Positions 28,612 to 39,183 of a DNA stretch of 64,000 nt are shown one piece after another (position 1 is the first letter of the stretch; every line of letters begins with the position of its first letter). Source of the DNA: Bacteroidota bacterium. Its GTDB lineage: Bacteria; Bacteroidota; Bacteroidia; AKYH767-A; 2013-40CM-41-45. Below the pieces are notes generated by a model that was given only the letters and a program-made list of their open reading frames with translations, did not search any database and was not told the DNA's origin. The position numbers were made by a program, and so were the translations under genes. The stretch spans positions 23,919 through 87,918 of the forward strand of contig JBMQEM010000208.1 in assembly GCA_049363815.1 (NCBI GenBank). The letters are read 5' to 3'.

Positions 28612-28908
28612 CTATGAAACTTTTGAAATAACTTCAGCCAACTGTTGTTCGTTGACCACCCCAGATTGCCTCCATTTTATTTCACCTTTCACAAAGAGTA
28701 AAAGTGTTGGTACACTTTGTATTTTATAAAGGTTTGCCACAGCTGGATTTTTATCAATATCAACCTTAAGGATTCGTGCAGTACTTCCGATCTTTTTTGA
28801 AAGATTCTGCAGAATTGGTTCCATCATTTTACAAGGGCCACACCACGTTGCAGAAAAATCTACAAGGGTTGGAACTTCTGAATTAATTATATCATTGAAT
28901 TTTGACAT
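28612..28908 (-). CDS. trxA: Thioredoxin
   Basis: 98 aa. WCGPCK active site. Confidence 0.9.
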   Translation of the reverse strand: MSKFNDIINSEVPTLVDFSATWCGPCKMMEPILQNLSKKIGSTARILKVDIDKNPAVANLYKIQSVPTLLLFVKGEIKWRQSGVVNEQQLAEVISKVS

Positions 28909-28911
28909 CGG

Positions 28912-29865
28912 TTATGATTTTTGAATTTGCGACCACTTTAAGATCAATTCTTTTTCTTTCTCTGTTAAATTTTTTGGGACAACAATTTTCATTTTTACAT
29001 ATGCATCACCACGCACCTCCGGTTTATTATAGAAAGGCATGCCAAGTCCATTTAAACGGAAGATCTTACCGCTGTCAGTACCGGCAGGTACCGGAATTTT
29101 GATTGTTTTATTGAAAATTTTAATTTCAATTTTTCCTCCTAACAAAGCAGTGAAGAGGTCAAGCGGTTCTTCAAAATGCAGGTCATTTCCTTTCACTTCA
29201 AAAACAGGATGCTTTGCGAGATTGAAAGTGATATGTAAATCTCCTGCTTCACCGCCGTTTCTTCCAGGCGAACCTTTGCCTTTCATCCGAAGAACCATTC
29301 CATCATAGATTCCAGGTTTAAGGTTCATATTAATTTTCTGACCGTTCAATACGATCTGTTTGGTAGTTCCATTGTATGCATCTTCCAACGTTATGGCCAT
29401 TTCAGCCTCCTGATCCTGGCCTTTCATCGGTCTGCCGGAAGCTTGTCCGGGACCACGTCCACTTCCGCCCCTGCCACCAAAGATCGACTCAAAAAAATCA
29501 GAGAAATTTCCGGAACCGCCAAAAAAATCTCCGCCTTGATCTCTGCTCCGTCCTTGTTGCCCCTGCGCTGACCATTTTCCCCAATCAAAATTACCATCGC
29601 CGCCGCCTTGTTGATAAGAATTCCAGTTGGCACCCAGATCATCGTACTTCCTGCGTTTTTCGGGATCTCCTAAAACTTCATTTGCTTCATTGATCTCCTT
29701 GAACTTTTCTTCCGCTTTTTTGTCACCCGGATTTTTATCAGGATGATACTTCACTGCCAGTTTCCTGAAGGCTTTCTTTATTTCGTCCTGTGAAGCTGAT
29801 TTAGCTACTCCCAATATTTTATAATAATCTTTATAATCCATACTGACTAAAATTGTTACAGACAC
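28912..29865 (-). CDS. cbpA: DnaJ-domain co-chaperone, CbpA-like (J domain + Gly-rich linker + DnaJ C-terminal domains, no zinc finger)
   Basis: J-domain [33 protein letters not shown] with HPD. G/F-rich region. C-terminal DnaJ_C. No CxxCxGxG repeats. Probable start at MDYKDYY (29841). Confidence 0.8.
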   Translation of the reverse strand: MSVTILVSMDYKDYYKILGVAKSASQDEIKKAFRKLAVKYHPDKNPGDKKAEEKFKEINEANEVLGDPEKRRKYDDLGANWNSYQQGGGDGNFDWGKWSAQGQQGRSRDQGGDFFGGSGNFSDFFESIFGGRGGSGRGPGQASGRPMKGQDQEAEMAITLEDAYNGTTKQIVLNGQKINMNLKPGIYDGMVLRMKGKGSPGRNGGEAGDLHITFNLAKHPVFEVKGNDLHFEEPLDLFTALLGGKIEIKIFNKTIKIPVPAGTDSGKIFRLNGLGMPFYNKPEVRGDAYVKMKIVVPKNLTEKEKELILKWSQIQKS

Positions 29866-30084
29866 TAAAGTTAGTCATTTGATCTTAAAATATAACTGAT
29901 ATAGATCCTTGCATTAAATGACAAATCTTATTAAAACTCTCATTTATCAAATAAAAATGATCAAAGCACAGGAAGGTCTCTGAAAATGGATCTCAATTTT
30001 TTTTAATCCGGTAAAAACTATATACATCAATAATTGTTCAAAAGTTCAAACAGCTGAATCTCTAACCTCAAATAAACTAACAAA

Positions 30085-31776
30085 ATGAAAAAACAATTTC
30101 TAAACTTAATTGTTGCCGGCCTATTAACAACAGGCACACTTGAATCTTTCGGACAAGCCGAAATTCAGATCATTCACAATGCGGCTGATCCTGCAGCCGA
30201 GACTGTAGATGTTTATGTGAATGGAACATTGACACTTGACAATTTTACTTTCAGGACTGCAACTCCATTTCTTTCTGTCCCTTCTGGTACATTATTAGAT
30301 ATAGGAGTTGCTCCCGGGAACAGCAGTAGTGTCAGTGACACATTAAAAAATTTCCCGGTTACTTTAATGATGGGACAACGTTACATCGCAGTTGCCAATG
30401 GTGTACTTGACCCAATGAATTTTGCAATGAATCCTGACGCACAATCAACTGCATTTACATTGTTCATTCAGGACAACATCAAAAGTTCTGCTGATTCAGC
30501 CGGACTAGTTGATTTTATTGCAGTTCACGGATCTTCTGATGCACCAACAGTTGATGTACTGGCAAGAAATGTTGCTACGTTAATTGACAACGTGACTTAC
30601 GGAGGGATCTCAGGTTATTTATCAGTTCCACCATCAAGTTATATTTTAGATGTAACTCCTGCAGCCGGTTCGCCTATTGTTGCTTCCTTTGAAGCAGATC
30701 TTTCCGGATTGGCAGGTGGAAGTGCTGTTGTTTTTGCTTCAGGATTTCTCGACCCGTCAACCAACCAAAATGGTCCGGCATTCGGACTCTTTGCAGCATT
30801 GGCAAATGGTACTGTAGTAGAATTTCCAGCATTGAGCACTGCCCGCTTACAGGTAATTCACAATGCTGCTGACCCTGCTGCTTCTTCAGTGGACGTATAC
30901 GTAAATGGAAACCTGTTACTCGACAACTTTGAATTCAGAACAGCTACACCATTCATCGATGTTCCGGCAAGTGTTGTATTAAACATTGGTGTGGCACCCG
31001 GAACAAGTACATCTGCATCCGATACACTGAAGAATTTTGAAGTTACACTGGCAAACGGCGGAACATATCTGGCTGTTGCAAATGGTGTATTAAATCCGGC
31101 GACGTTTGATCCAAATCCGGATGCAGCTTCAACCGGCTTTACATTGTTCCTGCAAGACCAGATGCTGGAACAGGCAATTACTCCGACTGATATTGATTTT
31201 CGCGTTATACATGGCGCAACTGATGCGCCTACAGTAGATGTAGTTGTTGGTGGAAATGTACTTGTTGACAATGCTTCCTATTCAAACATCACCCCATACC
31301 TGACAGTTCCACCTGCTGATTACACACTGGATATCACTCCGGGTAGTGACAACACTACTATCGTTGCAAGTTTCAATGCACCATTATCAGGTTTGGCAGG
31401 AAAATCTGCTGTGATCCTTGCATCTGGTTTCTTAAGTCCTGCGACAAACCAGAATGGTGCTGCATTTGGTTTAATTGCTGTACTGGCAGATGGTACAGTT
31501 ATCCTTCTGAACAACACCACTTCAGTTGGTGAAAATCCGGAATCAAATTTCAATATGTACCCAAATCCGGCATCAGACTTTTTGAATATAGAGCCTACGA
31601 CTATAAACACAGAGTATCAGGTGAACATTACCAACAGTCTGGGACAAATTGTAAAAACAGAAAAAATGAACGGTGCCAAACTTTCATTTTCAGTAGAAGA
31701 TCTTCGAAAAGGAATTTACACTGTTTCAGTTGAAAGCAACAAAAATAAAACAGTATCGAAATTGGTGATTAATTGA
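30085..31776 (+). CDS. DUF4397-repeat secreted protein with T9SS C-terminal sorting domain (internal two-fold duplication)
   Basis: Signal peptide. Two ~228-aa homologous halves, each starting IHNAADPAA..VDVYVNG and ending NQNG.AFGL.A.LA.GTV. C-terminal Por CTD (NMYPNPASDFLNIE...KLVIN). Confidence 0.6.
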   Translation: MKKQFLNLIVAGLLTTGTLESFGQAEIQIIHNAADPAAETVDVYVNGTLTLDNFTFRTATPFLSVPSGTLLDIGVAPGNSSSVSDTLKNFPVTLMMGQRYIAVANGVLDPMNFAMNPDAQSTAFTLFIQDNIKSSADSAGLVDFIAVHGSSDAPTVDVLARNVATLIDNVTYGGISGYLSVPPSSYILDVTPAAGSPIVASFEADLSGLAGGSAVVFASGFLDPSTNQNGPAFGLFAALANGTVVEFPALSTARLQVIHNAADPAASSVDVYVNGNLLLDNFEFRTATPFIDVPASVVLNIGVAPGTSTSASDTLKNFEVTLANGGTYLAVANGVLNPATFDPNPDAASTGFTLFLQDQMLEQAITPTDIDFRVIHGATDAPTVDVVVGGNVLVDNASYSNITPYLTVPPADYTLDITPGSDNTTIVASFNAPLSGLAGKSAVILASGFLSPATNQNGAAFGLIAVLADGTVILLNNTTSVGENPESNFNMYPNPASDFLNIEPTTINTEYQVNITNSLGQIVKTEKMNGAKLSFSVEDLRKGIYTVSVESNKNKTVSKLVIN

Positions 31777-31802
31777 TTGATAAATAAAGAACACGTTACA
31801 AA

Positions 31803-31832
31803 ATGCCTGCATAATTGCAGGCATTTTTTTTA
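31803..31832 (+). terminator. Rho-independent terminator (ATGCCTGCATAATTGCAGGCAT + T8)
   Basis: Perfect 9-bp stem with 4-nt loop, followed by TTTTTTTT. Sits 27 nt after the stop of the DUF4397 gene. Confidence 0.8.
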
Positions 31833-31965
31833 TACCTAATCGAGGATAAAAAAATCAGTTCTTTACGAAATACAAGCATCTATTTTTACAATCTTGTTTA
31901 GGCATTTGTCTCACAGAAGATGTAACTTGCAGTCCGATTTAAATTTCATTAACCGAATTAAATTA

Positions 31966-32532
31966 ATGTCAGAACACAAGCATTTCATTATTCACAAACC
32001 ATTTGGTTATCTGAGTCAGTTCTCCTGTGATCTGAAGAAGAAAAGGTTGCTGGGAGAATTAGGTGAATTTCCGGAAGGGATCATGGCAATAGGACGACTG
32101 GATGAAGATAGTGAAGGGCTCTTACTTCTTACAACCGACGGAAAAATGAGCGAGAATGTCCGCAGCAAGAAAGTGGAGAAAGAGTATTTTGCTCAGGTGG
32201 ACGGTCTGATCACAGAAGAAGCGATGAAGCAACTTGCCGAAGGTGTTGAAATCGGCATTAGGGACGTTAAATACCAGACCTTGCCATGCAAAGTCTACAA
32301 ATTGAATGAAGACCCCGGCTTTCCGCCAAGGGCAAAAAAGATCAGAGACGACAGGCATGGCCCGACTAGCTGGGTTTCAATTACACTTACAGAAGGAAAG
32401 AACAGGCAGGTCCGGAAAATGACAGCTGCGGCCGGTTTTCCAACATTACGACTTATACGTGTAAGAGTAGGTGAAAATCAACTCGGCGAACTGAAAGCAG
32501 GTGAAGTCAGGGAAGTGGGAAATTTCCTTTAA
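31966..32532 (+). CDS. Pseudouridine synthase (RluE/RsuA family, no S4 domain)
   Basis: HKPFGYLSQFS...AIGRLDEDSEGLLLLTTDG catalytic-Asp motif. The ORF track opens at 31894, but the conserved protein begins at Met 31966 (MSEHKHFIIHKP). Confidence 0.8.
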   Translation: MSEHKHFIIHKPFGYLSQFSCDLKKKRLLGELGEFPEGIMAIGRLDEDSEGLLLLTTDGKMSENVRSKKVEKEYFAQVDGLITEEAMKQLAEGVEIGIRDVKYQTLPCKVYKLNEDPGFPPRAKKIRDDRHGPTSWVSITLTEGKNRQVRKMTAAAGFPTLRLIRVRVGENQLGELKAGEVREVGNFL

Positions 32533-32544
32533 ACAAAATTCTGC

Positions 32545-33645
32545 TTACTTGATCTTATAGTGTATGCCCCAGTACCGGACTTTATCGACATCCTTGAATT
32601 CAGATACCAGATCATTTTTCACAATTGTAAAACTGTTATCAATTTCCGGTTTATAATTCTTTAAGACAAGGTCGATAATCTGTTTATCCTCTTTTGAACC
32701 ATAATACAATCCAACCGTTTCCAAAACAATACTTTTATCATTATAACTTCCGTATGATAAAGAATTATAATAAATATTAGCAAAGATATCAACCTTGCCC
32801 TTGAAAGGTGAATCATCTTCTGAATTCAGTTTCGAATACAAACATTTTTCGTTATAAGGGTTGCCATGGGCACTTCCGAAACTCATAATATTTATATTGT
32901 CCGAAACAGAAACTCCTGACTTGATCAGTTCTAGAATACGACTATAATAAGCCTTATCACGCACATCCGGTTTTTCATGTGATTGCAAAGCTGCCAAGAC
33001 AAAATTCGCTTCTTTCAGTTTACTCTTCAAAACCGGATCAGCCTGATTGATACTTAACTTCTGAATATATTTTTTGAAAGTATAAAAATCAGCTTCTTCA
33101 AGTCCCTGTACTTTAATTCCATAAATAAATGACTTTATTACACTCAGATCAATCCCTGCAGTTTCAAAAACTTTTTTCAGGTCATCGAAATATAATTTAA
33201 ATGATTCGAATCTGCCTCCGGGCTTTCCCTGATCATATTCGAAATCGGCTCCAATGAAACGGATATTCTTTTTCAGCTTCCGCATTGAAAAATAAAATTC
33301 AATCTTGTAGGGATCATTCCTTAAAATTGAATCAACTAAAATGCGATTCTTTCCGGCTACATACTGATTAATAAAATACGTCAATGTAAAAGGAGCTTCA
33401 AGAAATACATTCAGTGTATCTGATGATGTAAATCCGGCAGTGATCTTTGATATTACTGCCTGATGTTCCGCATAATTTGTTCTGACTTCATGGCATTCGG
33501 TCATGAACAATAATTTGCCATTCAGCGAATCAATTTCCGGTCTGAATGCTTCAGTATCGATGGTCTGAGCCTGAATACCGGATGGAATCGACAATAGTAA
33601 TATCAGGCTGAATAATAAATGTGCGACATTTAAAGATCTGTGCAT
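32545..33645 (-). CDS. Hypothetical secreted protein
   Basis: The ORF extends to 33708, but the signal peptide MHRSLNVAHLLFSLILLLSIPSGIQA starts at 33645. No confident family assignment. Confidence 0.4.
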   Translation of the reverse strand: MHRSLNVAHLLFSLILLLSIPSGIQAQTIDTEAFRPEIDSLNGKLLFMTECHEVRTNYAEHQAVISKITAGFTSSDTLNVFLEAPFTLTYFINQYVAGKNRILVDSILRNDPYKIEFYFSMRKLKKNIRFIGADFEYDQGKPGGRFESFKLYFDDLKKVFETAGIDLSVIKSFIYGIKVQGLEEADFYTFKKYIQKLSINQADPVLKSKLKEANFVLAALQSHEKPDVRDKAYYSRILELIKSGVSVSDNINIMSFGSAHGNPYNEKCLYSKLNSEDDSPFKGKVDIFANIYYNSLSYGSYNDKSIVLETVGLYYGSKEDKQIIDLVLKNYKPEIDNSFTIVKNDLVSEFKDVDKVRYWGIHYKIK

Positions 33646-33763
33646 GGTGGTTCTATGAAAACTCTGAATGCCGACGGTGTTAATTCCGGCAACAGGCAAT
33701 TTAATCACGATGACAAATAAAATGACCTAATAACTGTTCTTTTCTTACACTTCTTTCATGATA

Positions 33764-36016
33764 TCAGCGTGCAATGATCATTTTAATTACGGCCCGACCT
33801 TCCTTTCCGGAAATATGAAGATAATAAGCACCATTGGAAATACCTGACCAGTTAAAGACATTTGAATTATATCCTTCCGTTGTTTTCCAGTCAGCACTTG
33901 TCACTAACTTTCCTGTCAGATCAAAACAATCAAGATGCAGATTTCCCGAAGAAGCACCCTGATAATCGATGGAGAAATTTCCGGCATTGGGATTTGGAAA
34001 AACGCTGCATGCAATTCCGGTATTAGAAATTGTGTTTACATTCGTTACCAACTGAACTGCACGCATCACAGAACCGATTGCGTTTACTTTTCCATTACCC
34101 CAGGTATTGTTACCACCAACAGGAATGACTCCCGTGAAGTTATCCTTGATAGCAGTAAGAGTATAAATATCTTTTATTTCCTGCGGCGAAAGATCAGGTT
34201 TTACCTGAAGTAAAAGCGAAGTGATCCCTGACACTGCAGGAGATGACATAGAAGTTCCGCTTAGCATTCCATAGGGATAATCATGATTATTGGCGATGTC
34301 ATGAAATTTATTGATGACAAAAAGATAGCTGTCTCCGCCTACCATAAATGAACTATCGTATGAACTGATCGATGAACCCAGAGTCATTCCAGGCCCTGTA
34401 ATATCAGGTTTCACTCTTCCATCAGAGGTAGGTCCGTGACTGGAGAAAGGAACAAGATTTCCTTTTGCCACATAGCCTGAATACGAATATGATGAACCAA
34501 GAATGTTTGTCCATTGAATCTTTGAAGCATAAGCACCAACACTGATAGCTGAATTTGTACTTGCAATATCCGAAACAGTTAATTCAAAATCGCCATTCAC
34601 TGCATCCGGTTTATTATAACTTCTGAATGCACCATAATATCCGCTGGTATTTGAAACAAAACTATTCCACATATTGATCAAGCCGTCTGTGGCAGTAATT
34701 GAAATCTGAATTGAATCTGTTGCTCTGTTATCAAAGTCAACAAAGATCCTTGGTTTACCATTGAATTCACTGGCAGCTGTAACAATTGTTATGAAGCAGG
34801 TATCATTGTTTGTACCTGGTAAAGACAAAGTGTGCACGCTATCATCTAGACAAATTGTGCCGGTAGAAGAAACGACAGAATTATTGATGAGTGAAATATC
34901 CACACAAAATGATTTTCCAGCCTCTCCCCAGATGTCAACCCAGGTCTTTTGTCCTTCCGGACTATCTGCAATAGAAAGAAAAGTCCTGACCAGAGTATCT
35001 GATGGTGAGAATTGCTTCTGAATATGAATAGAGTCTTCGCCATTATTACCTGCGGAGCAGACAAAAATTCTGCCCGGTCCAGTCAGATTATCCAATGCCT
35101 GACTAAACAATCCGGTTCCGTCATGCGGACCCAGCGGACTACCCCAACTTAAGTTGACTACGGCAGGTTTACTTACAGATGTAGCATAATCAAAAATATA
35201 TTGTATTCCATCTATCATATCAGAAACACCGGTGTTGATCCATTGATCTTTTGTAGGTGTGATACCAACCATTACAAGATCAGTTTTATAACCGACTCCC
35301 CTGAATCTCCTGTGACTTGTCTGACTCCGGTAACCTGAGCCGGCGCAGATACCTGCAACGTGAGTACCATGTGTAGCATTGATAGCATCCGTTCCGATAT
35401 TCCATAATGAAACAGAATCCGTTTCTTCAGTACCATAAGCATAGCCAGCAGGTGCAGTACCCGAATTATCTTTTTGTAACCATACTTTTTTTACTCTGTA
35501 ATTCACACCTGTAGTATCAAAAAATGCCGGGTGTCTGAAATCAAAGCCGACATCGACAACACCCATCACAATACCATCACCATTGTAACGCATAGGAAGA
35601 GAAAAACCATTGTGGACAGAATCAACCCGTGTATCAATTCGGGCATTATCAAGTGTTGGGAAAACCGGTTCATCGATCTGAACATAATCAAGACCTGCAA
35701 CTTTTACAAATCTTGATAGTCCGGAAACAGGGATCTGTACAGTCCGGATCAATCCGGCTTTTGTTCCGACGATTACATTGTTCAGATTAAATTGTGCTTC
35801 ATCAAATTCAGGCCTGACCTTAATAATTGCGCTGACATAGATGCGACCATTGATGTTTTTATAAACAAATTTCGACGAAGGAATAAATTTATCGCCTTGT
35901 AAATTATTTTCTTTCAGAAATATTCTGGTTAGCGGAGAAAGCTTAGCGGAATTATTCTGGCCACTTACATTTGCAATTGCAAAACAGTACAGGCATAAGA
36001 GTAGTAATTTCTTCAT
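33764..36016 (-). CDS. S8-family subtilisin-like serine peptidase with T9SS C-terminal sorting domain
   Basis: 750 aa, signal peptide. Catalytic triad motifs VVDVGFD (Asp), HGTHVAGI (His), GTSMSSPAVSG (Ser). C-terminal Por CTD (CSVFPNPNAGNFSI...AVIKMIIAR). Confidence 0.85.
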   Translation of the reverse strand: MKKLLLLCLYCFAIANVSGQNNSAKLSPLTRIFLKENNLQGDKFIPSSKFVYKNINGRIYVSAIIKVRPEFDEAQFNLNNVIVGTKAGLIRTVQIPVSGLSRFVKVAGLDYVQIDEPVFPTLDNARIDTRVDSVHNGFSLPMRYNGDGIVMGVVDVGFDFRHPAFFDTTGVNYRVKKVWLQKDNSGTAPAGYAYGTEETDSVSLWNIGTDAINATHGTHVAGICAGSGYRSQTSHRRFRGVGYKTDLVMVGITPTKDQWINTGVSDMIDGIQYIFDYATSVSKPAVVNLSWGSPLGPHDGTGLFSQALDNLTGPGRIFVCSAGNNGEDSIHIQKQFSPSDTLVRTFLSIADSPEGQKTWVDIWGEAGKSFCVDISLINNSVVSSTGTICLDDSVHTLSLPGTNNDTCFITIVTAASEFNGKPRIFVDFDNRATDSIQISITATDGLINMWNSFVSNTSGYYGAFRSYNKPDAVNGDFELTVSDIASTNSAISVGAYASKIQWTNILGSSYSYSGYVAKGNLVPFSSHGPTSDGRVKPDITGPGMTLGSSISSYDSSFMVGGDSYLFVINKFHDIANNHDYPYGMLSGTSMSSPAVSGITSLLLQVKPDLSPQEIKDIYTLTAIKDNFTGVIPVGGNNTWGNGKVNAIGSVMRAVQLVTNVNTISNTGIACSVFPNPNAGNFSIDYQGASSGNLHLDCFDLTGKLVTSADWKTTEGYNSNVFNWSGISNGAYYLHISGKEGRAVIKMIIAR

Positions 36017-36126
36017 GTTGGTTTTGTGAATATGGAGTAAAAATAGATTTTTTTATGGAAATACATAATGTTAATTCCTGTTGACTTGCAGTAATTTATT
36101 TGTGAATACAACGAATTAATCCTAAT

Positions 36127-37785
36127 TTGACCCCACAAACTATCTTTATGAGCGCACTCGGAAAGCATCCAAAAGGATTGCCTTATTTATTTTTTACTGA
36201 AATGTGGGAACGATTTGGTTACTATCTGATGATAGGGATCTTCGTCCTTTACATGACTGATTTTGAAAAAGGCGGATTAAATTTTGACAGGGAACAGGCA
36301 GCTGATATATTCGGAACTTTTATTGCTCTAAATTATCTTACTCCTTTTATCGGTGGATTGCTGGCAGACAGATTACTCGGCTATCGCCGATCAATCATTT
36401 TAGGAGGTTCATTAATGGGATTAGGCTATTTGTGTTTAGCGATCAGCGGTATGGGTGCATTTTATACAGCAATGATCCTCATTATTCTTGGTAATGGATT
36501 CTTCAAACCTAATATCACAACCATTTTAGGGAGTCTGTATTCTGAAGGTTCGTATAAGCCATTAAAGGATAGCGGATACAATATTTTTTACATGGGAATT
36601 AATATTGGTGCATTCATTTGTAATTTCTTTGCTGCATTTTTAAGAAATTCTTATGGCTGGTCAGAAGCTTTCGCTGCAGCCGGAATAGGAATGTTCATTG
36701 GCGTCGGTGTCTTTATACTTGGGAACAAACATTATAAGCACGTCGATATTATCAAACCGGCGACAAAGGAAGATACTCCGGTGATAAAGGTTTTGTATCA
36801 GGTTCTGTTACCTGCAATTTTGATCGGTATAGGTGCATGGCTTATTCCGGGAAATATTTTTGGAAGCGATAGTTCAGATGCATTCTTACTTGGCTCCGTA
36901 CCTGTTGTAGCATTTTATGCATCATTATATTTCAGGGCAAGTGAGAAGGAGAAGAAACCGATAGGCGCACTGCTTTCGATATTTGCAGTTGTAGTTATTT
37001 TCTGGGCCGTGTTCAAACAAAACGGAACAGCTCTCACAACATGGGCTCAATACTATACTAACCGTGAGACTCCACAAATTATTGAACCGCTAACTTCTGC
37101 ATTGAAACTAAATGAAACTGTAGTATACAAACAAGATTCGACCTACCTCTTAGATCATCAATTCAAAAAAATTAAAGATGAAGCCGGGAATCCTGTCCGC
37201 GGACTTGCGTATCCGGCGTATTTCAAAAATGATAATGTATCACAATTAAAAGAAGGTGATGAAAAAAAATTAGTATCGACAGAACTTTTTCAGAGTATCA
37301 ATCCATTTTTCGTTGTAGCATTAACACCTTTGGTCATTGCCTTCTTCAGCTTCCTTAGAAGCAGGCGAAAGGAGCCGACCACACCTGGAAAGATCTGTCT
37401 GGGATTATTTGTAAGCGGACTGTCAACACTGATAATGGTTGTTGCTGTCTATGTTTGTGGTGATGGCGACATCAAATCAAGTTCATGGTGGCTGATCTCA
37501 TCTTACGGTATCATTACTATTGGTGAATTATTTTTAAGTCCTATGGGACTTAGTCTAGTTTCCAAATTATCTCCTACCAGGATCACAGCAATGATGATGG
37601 GAGGCTGGAGTCTTGCCACTTCATTGGGAAATAAACTCAGCGGTATCCTCGCAAAGATGTGGGATACTTATGATGATAAAGCTAATTACTTCCTTGTCAA
37701 TTTTGCATTACTGATGTTTGCAACACTCATGCTGGCATTAATGTTAAAAAGACTGAATAAGATATTTAAGGAATACGGGGCTTAG
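36127..37785 (+). CDS. POT/PTR2-family proton-dependent di-/tripeptide transporter
   Basis: 552 aa, about 14 TM helices. FGTFIALNYLTPFIGGLLADRLLGYRRSII matches the PTR2 signature region. Confidence 0.85.
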   Translation: MTPQTIFMSALGKHPKGLPYLFFTEMWERFGYYLMIGIFVLYMTDFEKGGLNFDREQAADIFGTFIALNYLTPFIGGLLADRLLGYRRSIILGGSLMGLGYLCLAISGMGAFYTAMILIILGNGFFKPNITTILGSLYSEGSYKPLKDSGYNIFYMGINIGAFICNFFAAFLRNSYGWSEAFAAAGIGMFIGVGVFILGNKHYKHVDIIKPATKEDTPVIKVLYQVLLPAILIGIGAWLIPGNIFGSDSSDAFLLGSVPVVAFYASLYFRASEKEKKPIGALLSIFAVVVIFWAVFKQNGTALTTWAQYYTNRETPQIIEPLTSALKLNETVVYKQDSTYLLDHQFKKIKDEAGNPVRGLAYPAYFKNDNVSQLKEGDEKKLVSTELFQSINPFFVVALTPLVIAFFSFLRSRRKEPTTPGKICLGLFVSGLSTLIMVVAVYVCGDGDIKSSSWWLISSYGIITIGELFLSPMGLSLVSKLSPTRITAMMMGGWSLATSLGNKLSGILAKMWDTYDDKANYFLVNFALLMFATLMLALMLKRLNKIFKEYGA

Positions 37786-37797
37786 AAAAAAAGTACG

Positions 37798-39126
37798 TTA
37801 CTTTTTCTTGCTCTTTACAATGGATGCAGGAAGTTCAATATGAAAAATAGTTTTCTCCGGAGTTGATACAAAATCGATCTTACCGCCATGTGCTGTAACG
37901 ATATCGAAACTTAATGAAAGTCCGAGTCCCGTACCCTCGCCTGCAGGTTTGGTAGTATAAAATGGCTGAAAGATCTTTTCTTTTATAGCTGGATCAACAC
38001 CAATTCCATTATCTGTTACATACAGATTTACGTTGTCGTTCAGCAATCTTGTTTCGACTTTTATTCTTGCTGTATAATTTTCATTATTCTGAAGAGCTAT
38101 GGAAGCTTTTTCATTGGTAGAATAAAAGGAATTATCCAGCAAGTTTACTACCAGCCGGAAAATATCGTGCTTTACCAATTCAATTAAAGGAATTTTTTTA
38201 TCCAGATCTTTTTCAATTTCAAATTTAAAATCAGGCAACCGGGTTTTGATCGAATACACTGCAACTTTAATTGCTTCTTCAGAAATTGAATTAACATCAC
38301 CTTGTTCCATGTGACGACGTTCATTACGATGATGCTTGAGCATACTTTTCAGGATAGCCTCTGCCCTCTTACCGTGATGATTGATCTTTTCGCTGATCTG
38401 TGAAAGATCCTTCAACGCTTCATCGTCGGATTCAAATTTTTTATCATGCTTCAGTTCATCGATCAATTCCATCGACAATTCAGAGAAATTGGTAACGAAG
38501 TTAAGTGGATTCTGAATCTCATGTGCGATATCGGAGATCAGTTCACCGAGTGAAGCAAGCTTTGCCTGGCGAATGATCATCACCTGTGAATGACGAAGTT
38601 CTTCCAGCGCATCGGAAAGTTCATTGTTTCTTTTCTCCAGTTCTTCTGTTCGCGCTTTGACTAATTCAGTCAATTCATTCTCACGTTTCCTGTATTGATT
38701 TAGCAGGACTTCATTCTGATTCCTTAAACGATTGCTCAATGTTGAGATCAGATATTTAAAGATGTCAGGATAATTTTTCATGACATCATAAAAATCTTCT
38801 CTGCTTAAAACTCCTAACTGGCATTGAGTGAGCGTTGAAACTGACATTGAACGGGTACTGTTATCGATCAGAGCCATTTCACCGAATACAGCTCCTGCAG
38901 CCAGTTCAGTCAATGTCAAATGCTGGTCATGGACCTTCACTTTTCCGGAGAGGATGATATACATAGAATCACCATCGTCGCCCTTGTTGATCACCTCATA
39001 ATTCGCTTCCATTTCTACAATGGTCAGCTTTTTACAAAGGGCTTCAACGACATTTCTTGGTAAATCTTCAAAAAATGGAGAATTTACCAGTGAATCAAGA
39101 AGGTTTTGAGGTGAAATGAATGCCAT
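37798..39126 (-). CDS. Cyclic-nucleotide-binding-domain sensor histidine kinase (cNMP-binding + HisKA + HATPase_c), no adjacent response regulator
   Basis: 442 aa. cNMP domain (GDDGDSMYIILSGKVKV...FGEMALI). H-box ISDIAHEIQNPLNFV. G-box TDNGIGVD...GTGLGLS. No TM helix. Confidence 0.8.
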   Translation of the reverse strand: MAFISPQNLLDSLVNSPFFEDLPRNVVEALCKKLTIVEMEANYEVINKGDDGDSMYIILSGKVKVHDQHLTLTELAAGAVFGEMALIDNSTRSMSVSTLTQCQLGVLSREDFYDVMKNYPDIFKYLISTLSNRLRNQNEVLLNQYRKRENELTELVKARTEELEKRNNELSDALEELRHSQVMIIRQAKLASLGELISDIAHEIQNPLNFVTNFSELSMELIDELKHDKKFESDDEALKDLSQISEKINHHGKRAEAILKSMLKHHRNERRHMEQGDVNSISEEAIKVAVYSIKTRLPDFKFEIEKDLDKKIPLIELVKHDIFRLVVNLLDNSFYSTNEKASIALQNNENYTARIKVETRLLNDNVNLYVTDNGIGVDPAIKEKIFQPFYTTKPAGEGTGLGLSLSFDIVTAHGGKIDFVSTPEKTIFHIELPASIVKSKKK

Positions 39127-39183
39127 ATATCAATATGATCGAATAAAGGTGGTAAAAATTGAGGAAATAATCAAATTTCAGTT

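Noticed and set aside
30639-31610. Three minus-strand ORFs (66-137 aa) inside the DUF4397 gene
   Set aside because: Nested antisense to a coding region with clear internal duplication and T9SS CTD. Ala/Pro/Ser-rich shadow translation.
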